Part shown: in pieces, positions 41,650-55,199 of the stretch
Layout of the letters: each line of letters opens with the position of its first letter
Position numbering within the stretch: position 1 is the stretch's first letter
From: Perkinsus chesapeaki ATCC PRA-425
Lineage: Eukaryota; Protista; Perkinsozoa
Assembly: GCA_013115145.1 (NCBI GenBank)
Contig: JAAPAO010000141.1
Location: forward strand, 508 to 64,507
Direction: 5' to 3'
DNA: 64,000 nt
Made by a program: the position numbers and the translations under genes
The notes under the pieces: generated by a model
Databases searched by the model: none
The model's input: only the letters and a program-made list of their open reading frames with translations
What the model was told of the DNA's origin: nothing

Positions 41650-43537
41650 TTGTCTTTTCAGGTTCGGTCATCTCAAACTTTATCGGTCCATTGGCGTACT
41701 TGTCAGCTAAATCGGTTGGCACCTTACAAATATAAACTATAAATCTTCAAGGTTTTGGATTACTGTGAAATTTTTTGATTCCATCAACTGTGTGTAGCGT
41801 TGCTTTCGAGTTGTCACTTCATCAACTGAACACAACTAAATTAACACAACGTGTTGTCCCATGGCCCAGACCTACCATCGACCAAGGATGGCTGCGCGCT
41901 CAAATCAAAGTAGTTCTGCCTCGCTCTATCGACTATGCCATAAACGTCCAATTGATTAGCAGCTTCGGGGCCTGAGACTCTGTAGAAGAATGCTTTTAAG
42001 TAAAGGTTACCTAGTTGCTGTAGAATCGGTATTATAGAAGTGAAGGGTATAGAAGCTTCTTGCAACTGAGAAAGATATCATCAGAGAAATCATGCTCCGC
42101 GGAGATACCTCATCAACCGCTGGAGGGGTGCCTAAATCGGATGAGCCAGTTTGATAAGGGTCAGCCGTGACATCGACAGTTGGAGATGGAGCTGTAACAG
42201 TGTCCTGAGAAATGAATAGGGAATGAAATAAATTTAAGTCACGTACCTTGGGTGGCATTTGTTCCCTCTGACGGGCTCCCATTGGACTTTGTTGTTGTTG
42301 TTGTTGAGGGGAGACGGTCATCGATTGTATTGCCTCTTGACCAGCCATTGTTGGTGGTGGAGTGCCACCAGAGCGCATGAGAGCTGCCTGGCGTGACTGA
42401 ACCAATAGAACGAATGAATCACTCGAAGTGATATCGGAGTGATACATTGCAACTATTCGGTATAGTTATAATTTTGTTGGAAGGGACAGGTTTCCCAAGT
42501 CTTTTATTTCGGCGTTTCGGAGTTGAAAATTGTGCTCAATCTTGAGCTTAGGTAATACGGCTTACAAAAGACGCATAGTTATCATAAGTAAATTATGTAT
42601 GAATTGGGAGGCCCAAATGTAATGTCTGATAGTGTTGTGGACTTACATCAACCTCTAGGAACTTCTGAAGTACTCTGGTCCTCACGTCGGGTTCGATGGC
42701 CAAAACACCATCCATGTAACTAAAACCATGTACTAAATCTACTTAGCATCAAAGTGACGTATAACTCCACATCGTGTATAATATCGTTACTCATGTCTGA
42801 ATGTTTTTCTTCACTAAAGAGATACGATATCCCCAAAGTGTGCTGACACATTCATGTGTGAAGGTTACCCAGCGGATACACACAGACAGACGACGGCCAG
42901 GGGTCACAAAAGAAATTTAATATTTCCAGAACTCTCGGTCTTAACGGATGCACTTGGAAGTACCTCTTCCACTAGGAACACATTACCAATTAAAACACTA
43001 TTGTTTCATATTACACAATATTAACGCTTTCATGCTCGGTTGGGCCAGATTGAGCCCTATAGGTGATAGATGGGGAACTGCGCAACGCGGACAGTTTTTT
43101 CAATTTTGTCTATCCGGGATCCGTAAATGGGATAGTGCGTGAGTTTAAGGATAAGAGGATGCAATGTACTAACCTTTGAAGGCCCTTCTGACGCTCCTCG
43201 ATGAAGTGCGGGTCCATTGTTCCCCATAGTTTCTTGCCTGGAATCTGAATACGTATATGCTTGTGAATGCATACCGATTACGCCGCTACTTTTGGTATGC
43301 GATCGGGATACTTCAACTTGAGATGGTCATGAAGTTCCCTAATTTCCCTGTAACGTCTGCTGACCGTCCATTTATCGCCGTTGGACAAGTTGCTCACTTC
43401 AATGAAATACTCGGTGTAACTGAGAGATTCTAAGACTATGTCGAGACGATGAACACGACTCACCCGTCCTGAGAATTATTCCCGATAAATTTAGCTTTGA
43501 ATCTTGGCAGTTGATAGGAAACTCCAGAGGGAAGCAT
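41650..43537 (-). CDS. PX-domain protein; 3' end uncertain
   Basis: YTEYFIEV..WTVSRRYREIRELHDHLKLKYPDRIP|..PGKKLWGTMDPHFIEERQKGLQ is a classic PX domain, followed by Pro/Gln-rich exons. Confidence 0.8.
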
Positions 43538-44419
43538 TATTAAGGAAAGCTTCAAATAACATCGGCCACGATCGAACCACCCACTAATCGTAACACAATA
43601 ACATTCTTACTATACAATGTTTTGTAGTGTCGAGTGACAGTGAATACTTCTGCTGTCTGCGCTGCGCAGAAGTCGCTAGCATGCAGCTTGCATGCTGCAG
43701 GGCACAAGTTCTAGACTATATACTAATAGTGTATATAAGATAATATATACTGTTGTATGTATTAGTCGGACTGTCCGACTTTAACATATACCGAGTCGAT
43801 ATAGTCTATGTGATAGACTTATATAGTCTATGAGGCTCTTTACATATTTCAGCATATTCGAGTGTTACAGTATTGAGGAGTTCACAAACCTACAGTATCA
43901 GTGTTGACGGCTGTATGCAGTCAAACTCTGAAAAGCATCAAAGAGTCTGAGGAGCTCAAACTTAGCGCCCGAGGACCACAACTTAGAGTCTAAGCCTTAG
44001 GCGCTAAAGCTTCATGCCTTTGAAAAGTGTAACTAGCAAATATGCTACTACGTTGTACCCTCTTCAGCTGAGCCAACGCTTGCTATCAATAAGGTCAGTC
44101 GCCTCTGAGGAGTAATCAACTAAGAAGCCAGCCTGAAATGAACTAGAAAAATGAGGGTGAAAGTATGACAATGTAAGCTCAGAATTAGGTAACCGGGAAA
44201 CCGTAGCCCCAACCGGGTTACAGTCTGACAAGTTGTCAGTGGCAAGAATTGAATAATTCAGTTACTGAGTTTCAGTTCAGATTACTTACAATAAAGTTTG
44301 TTAAATGAACGTAACAATCTCAGTCATGAGTCTCACTTCTTGATCTCACTGAGTGAGTTCAACAAATAATACTGTTTATCCAAAATGCACCCAATTGTCA
44401 CTGACAATTTATCAGTTGC

Positions 44420-45260
44420 CAGTGGTACCTGGAACTTCATGGATCATTGATACCGCTGCGGCATCTTCGAAGACTTCAGCCTACTTTGATTCAAAGAAGG
44501 CCGTCAAGCTATGAGAGATTATCGTCACGGAGCGATTCAAAGTGGGTGAGTCCACAAGAATTCGACGTTAACAAATTGCACTACCCATCTACTTTTGGTC
44601 ACGTAGCCCGCGATACAGCCGCACCGCTTAGTGGTTAAACCTTGTGCATCACACAAAGTACCAAAACAACAACCGTTCACGATAGTTGCCCTCACCAAGT
44701 TGATGGTGGGTACGCGGAAGTTCCGCGGCGGAACTAGCCCTATAACGAGTACAGCTTTCTATTCCGCGCGGCACACCAGTGAAGATCCCATCTACCGAAA
44801 TAGGTACTCCGGTGGAGACATCATAACCCAGCAACCATCTGTGATACGATTGCTAAGCAATCATTGCTCAGCCAAAACCTACTGTTCTGCCTGCCACTCT
44901 AGATGCCCACGAACTTTGAAGCTAAACAAGTGTGAGTAAACCTACGACAGTACTATTGGCGCTATAGTGTTAAGCAATCTGACGACCAGCTTACACACTC
45001 AGAGTGTAAGAAGAGTCGAACTACTTGTCAAAGAGTTTGACACTCTTTCCCCATCCTCAGGCCGATCCCGAAATGAGATGGTGCGGAGGTTCCGCAGCGG
45101 AACCGAGTTGCCAAGCTGGCAACCCGCCTTGCTTTGAGGTTAGCATTACCGATATGCCAACCTCAAACTTTGAGGCTCAAAGCCTCTTCGACAGGTTTAT
45201 TGTCATATTTGTTGACGCCTGACATTCCCTGGTGTCGAAATAGATAACTGTGCCGCTTTC
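44420..45260 (-). other. Possible decayed retroelement-like sequence
   Basis: Intergenic and stop-riddled. SNDCLAIVSQM and WDLHWCAARN only loosely recall RNase H segments. Confidence 0.2.
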
Positions 45261-45685
45261 AGTCCAAACCTCAAAATGCTTGCTGGAGAATACACGCACA
45301 TTTTAATGCACTGCGGGCACGGTAACCCCATACGCAATCCGTATTACGGATGGATCCGGTATTTTTATGAGATTTTTCGACCCTCACATATCATACCCGT
45401 ACATTTTCCAGCTCTCTTAGCTATACGGTATAGCCGATACCATCGACGAGTACTTCTGCTCTGTCAAGTACAGCGGGTGGTGGCTCATCTGATGTGGGAA
45501 GGAGTATGAACAAATATGATAAGGCAACGACCAAGCCCCTCACGTGAGCGACATAGCAGAGATCTAGTACACCTGGTCCAGAACTACCACAGAGAAGTAG
45601 AGAGAAATATGTTCCCTTATAATAGATCGCTAGCTCTCTTAAACGCAAGAACAACTTATCCTTATTATACAATATTTGTTAATGT

Positions 45686-48614
45686 TTAGTGACATGTCGC
45701 TTCCCTAACATAGCAGATGTTGGAGAAGATGACGGCATTACAGACGCTGAAGAGGTGGTTGGTGCGCCGGACACTGATGGAGAAAAATGTATATTCATAC
45801 AAATATCATCATGCATTATGCAAAGAGCTTCTTCCTTCATCCTCACCCATATTAAACGCTTTAACTGCTCCTTCTAATGCATCCAATTTCCTTCCCAAAG
45901 TATCAACCTTCTTACTCGAGTTTTCCACCAACATTGACAAATGTGTGATATCTCTATGTCCCATTTGACTCGTACCTCACATAGTTCTTTAATATGAATC
46001 TTATACCGCATTCCTCACTAACTAGCTGCATACAGGACGCCAAAAACTCCGTCAATTTGATTTCTCCCGCCCCTGTCGGATCCATCAACGTGAACAATCG
46101 CTCAGCATCCACCATTGGTATACCCAACGTTTCGAAATTCTCTTGAACCTGACGGCATCAAAAAAATGCCTATCATGGTTTTCTCCTGGAACCTCGCGCA
46201 TTTTCCAGGCGGCCTTGAATTCGGCCTGGCTCAGAGTTCCAGATTGGTCAGCATCAGAAAGCTCAAAAATTCTCCTCAGAGAATTCGCTGCTGATTTCTT
46301 CTCTTCTTCTTTAACCTGTTCTGCTTGTTCCTCGGTACCTAGCACAATCCTTCAATTTTGTATTTCCTTAATGATTCTTTCTACGTGTTGCAGTTCCCAA
46401 AGTATTTTCCACAATAACACCGACGACTATATTAAGCAGGCCGTATGTAGTCGAGAGGATTAATATCATAAAAATGAGACCCATCAGTGGTTGACGGTGA
46501 ATAACCTGAAGCAACAGGTAGATCGTCACCAGGGGAAGTTTTTGAGGTTTCGAGCAGTTACATGGCGAACAATACCGTCAGCCCAATTATCAAGGGTGAT
46601 AATTTGCCATAGTGTAAGCATAGATCTCGGTACTGTACCAAAGTAGGTTGTATAAGGCCATTCTGTACCTTAGGGAATAAAGTAGCGAGTCCACTAGGAA
46701 CAGATTCTCATTGAAGAGATACGATAGTAAATACGAGCTAAGAGGGCGCCGCTCTGGTGGGATTTGTCGAGGCTATCTATGCCACTGGAAGAGTAGTGTA
46801 ATAAGATAATGGGGAATACCATCGAATGAAACTGTTCCAAGATATGCCTCATGGTTCTGTCCAACCTGAATTGTGAGGAAAATTGCACAGACGTAGACAA
46901 GGCACACAAGGAAGACAGCCACCCACGCCAATGTTCGAACCTGAGAGGGACGACCTTGACGAAAATCGTCGTTATTACTACAAGCATACACTGTGTATTA
47001 AACCCTCAACGATGAGCCATAATTCCTTGAACATCCTCAATAGTCGAACAAATCGTACAAGCCTTAACATACGAACCACACGCAGGGTTGTCTGAGAAAG
47101 ATACAGTGAGAAAGGACCCTCAAAGCAACTGGATTGCCGCGGTGTGCAAGTGTGAACAAGAAGAACAACACTTCGTAAGAACTTGTATATTACCCTCCTA
47201 CCAGAGCGCGAACATTTGATACGGCACATTCGCTGGCTAAAGTGAGAATCCAAGTATCCACGATGGCTAACCAAACCTAATAATGACATAGGAATGTGGG
47301 CTAGGGCGGTGAAGATCTTACCAAGGCGAAATCGAGGATGTTCCAGGGATCCATAAAATAGGATAATCGATGAGTTTTCAGACGAAGAATCATCTCCAAT
47401 AGAAATACTACAGTGAAGACATTCTCACTGATATACCAGAACAGACGATCCTGATGAATATAACCAAATAACACATGCGTTTCATAGCGCATTCGAGAGG
47501 CGGTTGATGATGATGATGATGATCAGCGGAGGCCGCAAGTTGAGCTAAGATATTCTTATAAAATGAGGGATTTGGGCATCCCAGTCTGGGATGTCGTCCT
47601 GAACCAATTTCTACGAGGACCAATTAGCCGCTACTATCAGGTCTCCCTTTGCGGATAGCTTAGAAGCAGTGTGTCCATTCCCGTGGCGGCAAGACTGCTC
47701 CATCGGGCCAGTCTTTAAGGACGCGGGAACCGACATGAAACATGATGTGAAAAAAAGAAATAGGCGACGAAGCAGCAGCATAGTAGAATGTCCTAGAAAG
47801 CATGCCTTCCGCCGTCGAAGTTCCGCACACAATCTCGTATACTCTTCAACATGCTTTATCATCGTATTGCCTACGAACGCATTTTAATCTCGCCAAGTGC
47901 GTAGCCAGGAGAACGGAGGATATCCTTTGAAAGCACCGCCGAGGCAACCGACAAAGTGACTACTTTTATCTCCTCTATTGGACTCTTGCATTGTACAGTA
48001 GATTGTGTAACACCTTCCTCGAGGAGTTTCTCTAAAATAGGATGATATTTCAGAAGCATTAATAACTTCCATTCTTCTACGTGTTGGATTATCATCAGCC
48101 TCGATTCCAATGAATAACATATTAAGCACCTGATACGTTGAGTGATAACGCTTTTGGTAACGCTTGAGAATTCCGGTAATAATTCCTTCTATTGAGGATA
48201 GCTCATAATTTACATGGATGCACAATATTGTTATTATGTAGTGTATGAATAAGCTTGCCGCTACGTCAGGCACTTCTTTTAGGGACTATGATATGGTTAC
48301 AAGGAAGTGTGTATAAAGAGGCCAAGTGTTGGGTATTTTCACAGTTAGTTCTATCCACACTAACCCATCCCTCCCTCCCTCAGTGAGGATATATATCATT
48401 TAATAGACCCTCCTCTCCCTAGTAGTACAATAAACAATCCAATAACAGCATTAAACTTAACTGTATCGACCATAGCTATTCTTTTAGGTTCATGTTGTTG
48501 ACCTAAATTAATAATATTAAACTATTTCTAAGATATTTCATCATCACCAATGAGATCGTCATATTCTTCATCACCACCCTTATAATCTTCTTTCATACCA
48601 TACACTTTAGTCAT
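45686..48614 (-). CDS. Single-domain voltage-gated Na/Ca-type channel with C-terminal EF-hand
   Basis: S1 FNAVIGLFIV|LNMLFIGIEAD; S2 ENVFTVVFLLEMILRL; S3 DPWNILDF; S4 LRVVRMLRLVRFVRLLR; pore FGTVPRSMLTLWQIITLDNWADGIVR; EF-hand DADQSGTLSQAEF. Confidence 0.88.
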
Positions 48615-48733
48615 ACCCTTCTTTATTGTTATTAAGACTCAATAAAACTCAATCCTAGATCATCATCACTTCACATTGACATCGTTTTCATCATTTAAAA
48701 ACATGGGAAAGTTATGTAATTTATTATTATATT

Positions 48734-50740
48734 TTATTTATTATTCCCCTTTCCAGATTTCTTCTTCTTCTTAGCCTCCTTTTTAGCCTCTTTTCTAGCA
48801 GCCTTCTTCTGTTGCCTTTTACTCTTTGGATCGGCCTTCTGTCGCCCACTATTCTCCTGTTTTATCTTCTTCTCCTCCTCGCGTGTCAGTCCACTTTTGG
48901 TTCCCTTTTTACCCTTTTTACCCTCTGCCTGCTGCTGCTGCTGCTGCTCGACCCCACCTTGTCTCTCTTGTTTCTGCTTCTTCTTTTTCCCTTTTCCGAC
49001 TCTATTTGCTGATCGATCGAATGCCCCTGATATCCCCCCCTTCTTCCTCTTCTTCCCTGTGGCCAGTTCGGCGCCCTTTCCCTTCTCTTTATCAGCTGAC
49101 TGATCGAATGCTCCCGACACCCTGTCATTTTCCCCCTTGACCAACTCGGAGCCCTCACCCTTCTTTTTATCAGCCGATACATCAAATGGCCCCGGCGGTA
49201 GCTTACTCATCTCACGTTTGACAGCAGCAGCATTACCATCAACCTTCTCGTTAGCTACTCGACTGGATGTTTCCCCTTCAATGTCTCCTCTAATATTCTT
49301 CCTTGTTCCATCATCATTAGATGCTGCCTCCGATGACCCTTGCGAGGAGGTTTTGTCGCTCATCTTGCTTTGTCTATCAGCAGACCTATCGAATGCACCG
49401 GACATTCTGCCTTCATTGAATGTGCTTGATGGTCTCTCATTATTATCGGTTCTTCTTTGACCCTTGCCATGATGACTAGTATCCTCTTGCTGCTGCTGCG
49501 GTCTATTCCTTCCATCATTCACTTCCTCTCTATTACCCCTTTGATTCATTACCTCTCTATTCCTTTCATCCATGTATTCTTCACTAGACTGCTGCTGCCC
49601 CTGCCCAGCTTCCTCAGCGTTACCATACTGTGATGATCCCTTATGCTGGGCCCCAGCCTTCCACTCATCCCCTCTATCAACCATCTTTCCGTTATCATCA
49701 CATTCAGTGCATTTTGTAAACAAATGTGTATGTTTATCATAAAACTCATACTCAGTCGAGCAGCACGCTGTTTCATCCAAATGAGCTGCCTTCCATTCCC
49801 TGAAACCAGTTTATATAACAATTTGGCGCCAACAACAATATAAAAGCTACAATGACGCCTCATAGACCAGATTATTGTCAGATCCTCTGAGATTGGACGC
49901 TCCTTGAGGATCAGTGCATCCCTTCCCTCCACAGAGTTCATCTTCTATAAGCCATTCGCCAGCGTCAGGGTCGGAGTGAGCAGATTCCATTTGTTTGATA
50001 AGAGTTGGCCTGCCAGCTTTTATAAGCACCATACGCTGGTCCTCTTCCTCCTACTGTAAATGCCGAGCTTGCTCCATAATAGTCTTCCTTTGATGATTCT
50101 TAAATCTACCGGTAGAGAACACTGGAACTTCACGTCTGAAAATAACATTATAAAACATATATCTATGTTATCTGTACATTGCTGGATCCTCGGGCTCAGG
50201 AACATCGATCGGCATAAACCTACTTTGATTACATAATAATATAATTACAAATACGACTACAAATCATTTCCAGATTGTTGGTCATTAGCTTCTGATCGTA
50301 AACCACTTTGGTCTGTCAGATCAGATCTGATAACAACCCTAACCTCAGCAAGGACAACAACACGTTACTTTTCATTAGACCTTTGTGATGATGAGGATGA
50401 TGTACTCCTACTCCTACTACTAGTGCTTGTTGTTGATGATGTTCTCCGACTGCTGAATGCATCCCCATTAGTTCGGCCCCTTGACTTGGCCGTGTATGCC
50501 CCTCTGCCCTCCTCCTCATTAACACCCTTCTGGTTGCCTTTGTTCTTTTTACGTCTTCTACCAGCTAATCTAGAAATACCGTATACATATCTTATTAATA
50601 AATGACATTACATTTCTATTGGATGCATCATTAATAGCAGTGATGTCATCCATAATATGGATGATCGCATGAATGATGATTATAATAAATTTAAATAATA
50701 AAGTTCTTCCACTAAAAGGAATAACCTTATCATCAAGTCT
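48734..50740 (-). CDS. Hypothetical protein: Cys-containing N-terminal part and long Lys/Gln/Glu-rich tail with GAFDxSA repeats; start uncertain
   Basis: 348-aa open exon at 48734-49780 plus upstream exons with CGGKGC and CSTEYEF..CTECD. Confidence 0.6.
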
Positions 50741-50929
50741 CGCCATGGAAAGGGGGATCTCAACTCAAACGCGGTAGTGCACTCCGTCTCGTCTCTGGGC
50801 CGGGGCGAGCGCTATCAATGTTGTATGTTGTCACGTCGACCGTGACGTGGTGGTTAATCTGTCTATTAGGTTGTCAACTCGGCGTTCATCCAATTGGTGA
50901 CTGATTATTATAGATTATTGTTACTTATA

Positions 50930-52572
50930 ATGTTACCATTGCAAAAGCCTAATGAGGTCGGCAAGGTGGGTGACGTCATTTCTGATTGAAAAAGCGTATT
51001 TCGCTATTCCTTGTAGGCCCTTCTCGTCCCTGATGCCGCAACGCCTGCTAACTCATCATCAGTCTACACTAGATATCTGAGTCAATTCTATAAAACCAAG
51101 CTGTGCAAGTAAGGGGCATCCTAGTGTTATATCAAATGTTAGCTTCAACCTTAGATACCATGTTGAAGGCTATTGTAATCGTGGAGATAACTGCACACAT
51201 GCCCACAGTATGATGACGTTACTAATGTCCATTCCCATAACTTTTTAGGCGTATCTGAGCTCGAATCGCAGCCTAATCTTTCTCGAGCTAGGATGTGCCG
51301 CATACTCTTGCAGAAAGGTCACTGTGATGACGTTGATTGTGCTTATGCACATGACCTTGATACGGTAAACAACGAGCAGGATCTCTGAGGAATCTTTGAG
51401 GATTCCCTATAGGTTAATTCGATTACCCTCATTTTCTAGGTTAAGTCCGCCAACGCCTTTTTCCGCACCAAACTATGTGATTTCGCAAAGAAAGGCCATT
51501 GCAAGCTCGGTGATAAGTAAGAGGGCTCTGCCCAAGTTAGTTGGTATCATTCTATTGATCAGATGTCGATACGCTCACTGCGAATCCGAGCTTATTAGAG
51601 ATGATTCGGGTTTTGATGATACAGGCAATTATGGATTACAGAAAGCTCATACTGTGGATACTCTTGACGAGCCAACACGTGATAGAAAGTTGGCTGCCAT
51701 ACATGGTAGACAGCGAAGGAAAAGGTATAGTTAATAATTATGCTCACAATAAATTTACTATCAGGCGTGGTCGTATGAATAAAGCTCATACCGCTCCTCT
51801 AATTGATAGTCCAAAAATGGATGGTAACACCCTCGTATGATGGTAGTTTAATAACCTCATTAGGTCATCGCCCGCCCGAAGTATTACCATTAACCACTGC
51901 TCGAAAAGAAAATATTGCTCACACTTTTTTCCAACGGCCCCCTCCCGTTGACACTGGTGTAGATGCTATCTCAGGCAAGAAACAGCAAGAAGAACAATAT
52001 CATCAAATAATATATAATAAACGATATGTAAGTGATTTTATTATTTATTATTATTTTATTATTAGTCTGATATCGATTATAAAGATGAGATGGTATCTGG
52101 GGGTAGTACCATTGATCCTCCTACTTCTTCATGTATGTACTATTATTATCCTTCTCCTTTACCGGGGTTTACCGGTATTCCGTATGGTGGACCATTTTCC
52201 AACAATACTCGTCCGCAACAAGAAGGATCGAGGAATAATATTCCTCAATATATCCCACCACAGGGTCCTCCTCCTCCTACTAGTGGTGCTTCAACACCAT
52301 GTATGATGTATATGGTTCCAGTACCAATGTCGCTGCCACAAGATTCCGCCAGACACTTTTCTGACCACCACCACCTTACAAGTGATGCTAGGAACAGCAG
52401 CCGTAACGGTAATAATAACAAATACGTTTCGTTTTGTTTGATATTATTTACTTCAGTTTGCACAGCAGACAAGTCACGTAGCGGTCTCATGTTTGGTGGT
52501 GCATACGAGCTGATCAACAACTCGACTTGGTCGTCGTCGTCGCCGGTTGTTGTTAAGGATGATAAGCATTAA
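50930..52572 (+). CDS. Tandem CCCH zinc-finger RNA-binding protein
   Basis: QFYKTKLCK|YHVEGYCNRGDNCTHAH, RMCRILLQKGHCDDVDCAYAH, FRTKLCDFAKKGHCKLGDK|CRYAH; Pro-rich C-terminus. Confidence 0.9.
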
Positions 52573-52779
52573 AAGATATATATGTTTTATGAGTAGTTGC
52601 CCCAACGTTAGGCGTACTCATGTTTGACAGTTTCCTTCTGCTACCATTATTCCTCAATATCTTTTTAAATCGGACCGGTTCGTTTCTATTCCTTCTCAAT
52701 GAGGCTTGTCATTTCATACATATCACCAGCGTTATATTATTGAGTTTAGTAAGCTAATAATATAGCTCATACAAGGATT

Positions 52780-54290
52780 ATGATGTTAAAGCAGCATCCA
52801 GGTGGTGACAAAAAAATAAAAAGAAAAATCGATGAACTCGAAATACAATTATCATCACCATTAACGCCGATCGGTAAGGAAGCTGTTGTCACGGCGGAGG
52901 TGATAAAATATGTCATGACGTCATTTTACGTTTTCTCCATCAGAAGTTGGCCAGGAAGCACCCCACTGATTCCGGAGCTGTGTTGGATGCCTTGGTCTCA
53001 GCAGCTACTTACAACCCTGCAAAGGCTACTTGCTCATCTGAGGAGGTGAAATGAGTGGGCCATCGGAGACAAAATGTCATCGAGATAACATCGGGCAGCG
53101 ACGAGGCGGCCTCGTTAGTGTGATAGTTTCACACTCGGTCATCGATAGAAATTGAATGGATCATCTTGGCTTAATTGACATCGAAAACTATTAATGAAAT
53201 GCCGAGACCGACGAAGCTCAAAGTTCTAGTAGGTATTGAAATCATCATCACATCCAAGCAGAACAGTAGAAGCATTTATCATTCAATATTTGGTCGACGG
53301 CATGGAGAATGAAGAGTCCTCATCATCCTCATCACCGTTCAAAGCAGATGATATTACTAGTAGTATCCGACGAGCAATATCATGTATAGGATTGGATAAT
53401 ATAGAAGATGTGCCATGGTGGCTGATGGTCTATGTAATAACAACCAATAACAACGACATTTATTCTTGAAATCATCCACCTTGTTATTACTCTTTATACT
53501 CATTATACTGATAATCTTTATTTCCGATGATCTTCCATATTATTAATAAGTAAAATACATATTCAATATCTTTATAACGTATTATGCCAGAGTATACGCG
53601 CCGCCACTTGCTGTCAATTATGTCTTACTGTAGTCCTTGTCTTATTTCTGGTACTACCATCCCATTTCTATGGCTTTCCCATCTCTTAGATCCATGCAAT
53701 AGGTTCGATGAAGAGTGATAAAGGTTTGCTCGAGGTCAATGAGCTCCTCAGCCGCAATCCATATCCTAGTTTGTGTAGAGTTGTGGTTAACGAGGTTATA
53801 GCTGGTAATACAGAGGAGGAAGAGGGTTCGATATTCGATCCTACAACAGGAGGATCGTCAGACGAGATATTTATCGTCGTAATCATTTGTTCTGGGGCGG
53901 CAGTCTGGTAATTACCAAACCTTTGTGATGGGCGGTTTTATTTTTCAATAGCTCTACTCGCCAATTTTGCTGCTAGATGAACCAGTTATATAGTGGCACT
54001 ATTATTAACTCTACGGAATCCACATATTGTGCTGCCAAAATATATGGATTCCTCAGAGTCACCTTTGATCCCTGCTGCGCGCCGATAATATTATATATGT
54101 TATTGGTCAGTTTCTGAGAGAATCGATGAGAGGCTGAGGCCATCTGTTGTGGTGTGCCTTGACAAAGTGCCAATCGACACATTAGAGGGACTATTGGTGA
54201 TGGAGGGTAAAGAGGGAAGAAGTCTAGGAGTACCGGGATGGATAAGGAATGATATTATTAATAGGGCTTTGAAAGGTGATAGGGTCAGGG
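52780..54290 (+). CDS. Hypothetical multi-exon protein
   Basis: Protein-like exons (MLKQHPGGDKKIKRKIDELE.., EAFIIQYLVDG.., INRALKGDRV). Family not established. Confidence 0.4.
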
Positions 54291-55199
54291 GAAGTGCTGA
54301 TTAATAATACTACAGCAAAGGCAGCAATCTGCATTATGTCATCTAAAACACTCAGTGCTTTATAATTATATTGTATATGTAATAGATCAATAACAGTAAC
54401 ATCATATACAAATACTATTATTATAGTATTATTCTACCATTTGTTATCAATTTAATCACGACTAGCTGGCTGGACAACAAAGCTGGCAACCCACCTTGAA
54501 CCGTCATCATCATCACTGCTGCATGACGATGCTTCCCCCGTCCTCATATAAGACATCGATTCTTAGTGCATCCATCGATGTCTTCGATTTGTAACTAATC
54601 GAACTGAATAGGCCCCCCTTGGTAATATTATTCTTTCTGTTGGTAGTTCCTATCACATTTGCTGGTCATCGCACATTCCACACCATGATGAGGCTGATGC
54701 TATTTAATAGCATTGGCAACTCCCTCAAGAGAGATGTCGCGCTGCTAACTGCGGAGAGGCTATTGAGGCTTGTTTACGAAGACAAAAAACAAATGAATGA
54801 GATTCGTGGATTGGCAAGGATGCTCCGAATGGCAAGAAGAGTACGAGTGATCTAGTCTATTCGTATGGGCCATTTTGATCAGAGCTGCTGCTGTGATGAA
54901 TCTGAGGTTTATCCATGCACTCTGCAGATTGTTGTTGCCATTACTCTATGGGAGCTGGGAGACGAAATTGATCGATCAACGGCTGAGGTGAGGGACATGG
55001 ACATTGAGGGCTGATATGCGGCCATGGGAAGTTGTTGGTGGAGAAGATGTGCCCCGTGGGATAAAGAGGGTGCCCCAATCCTACCGGCGCGTCGATGCAT
55101 TTGTGAATGAGCCATACTGAGATGAGAAGCCATTGTAAAAGTTGTTATCGTCTATGTTTGCCTTAATGTGAAGGAGAGTATTTAATCAATACTATAGCA

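Noticed and set aside
44200-44215. ACCGTAGCC, matching the 5' start of the Perkinsus/dinoflagellate spliced leader
   Set aside because: Only 9 nt match; the rest of the leader (..TGGCTCAAG) and the GT donor are absent.
45421-45672. GVLDLCYVA, resembling the inositol monophosphatase motif
   Set aside because: The segment probably overlaps an intron and other IMPase motifs are absent.
54225-54292. INRALKGDRV, resembling the DIS3/RNase II cold-shock motif
   Set aside because: No RNB catalytic motifs seen downstream; too short to name the gene.
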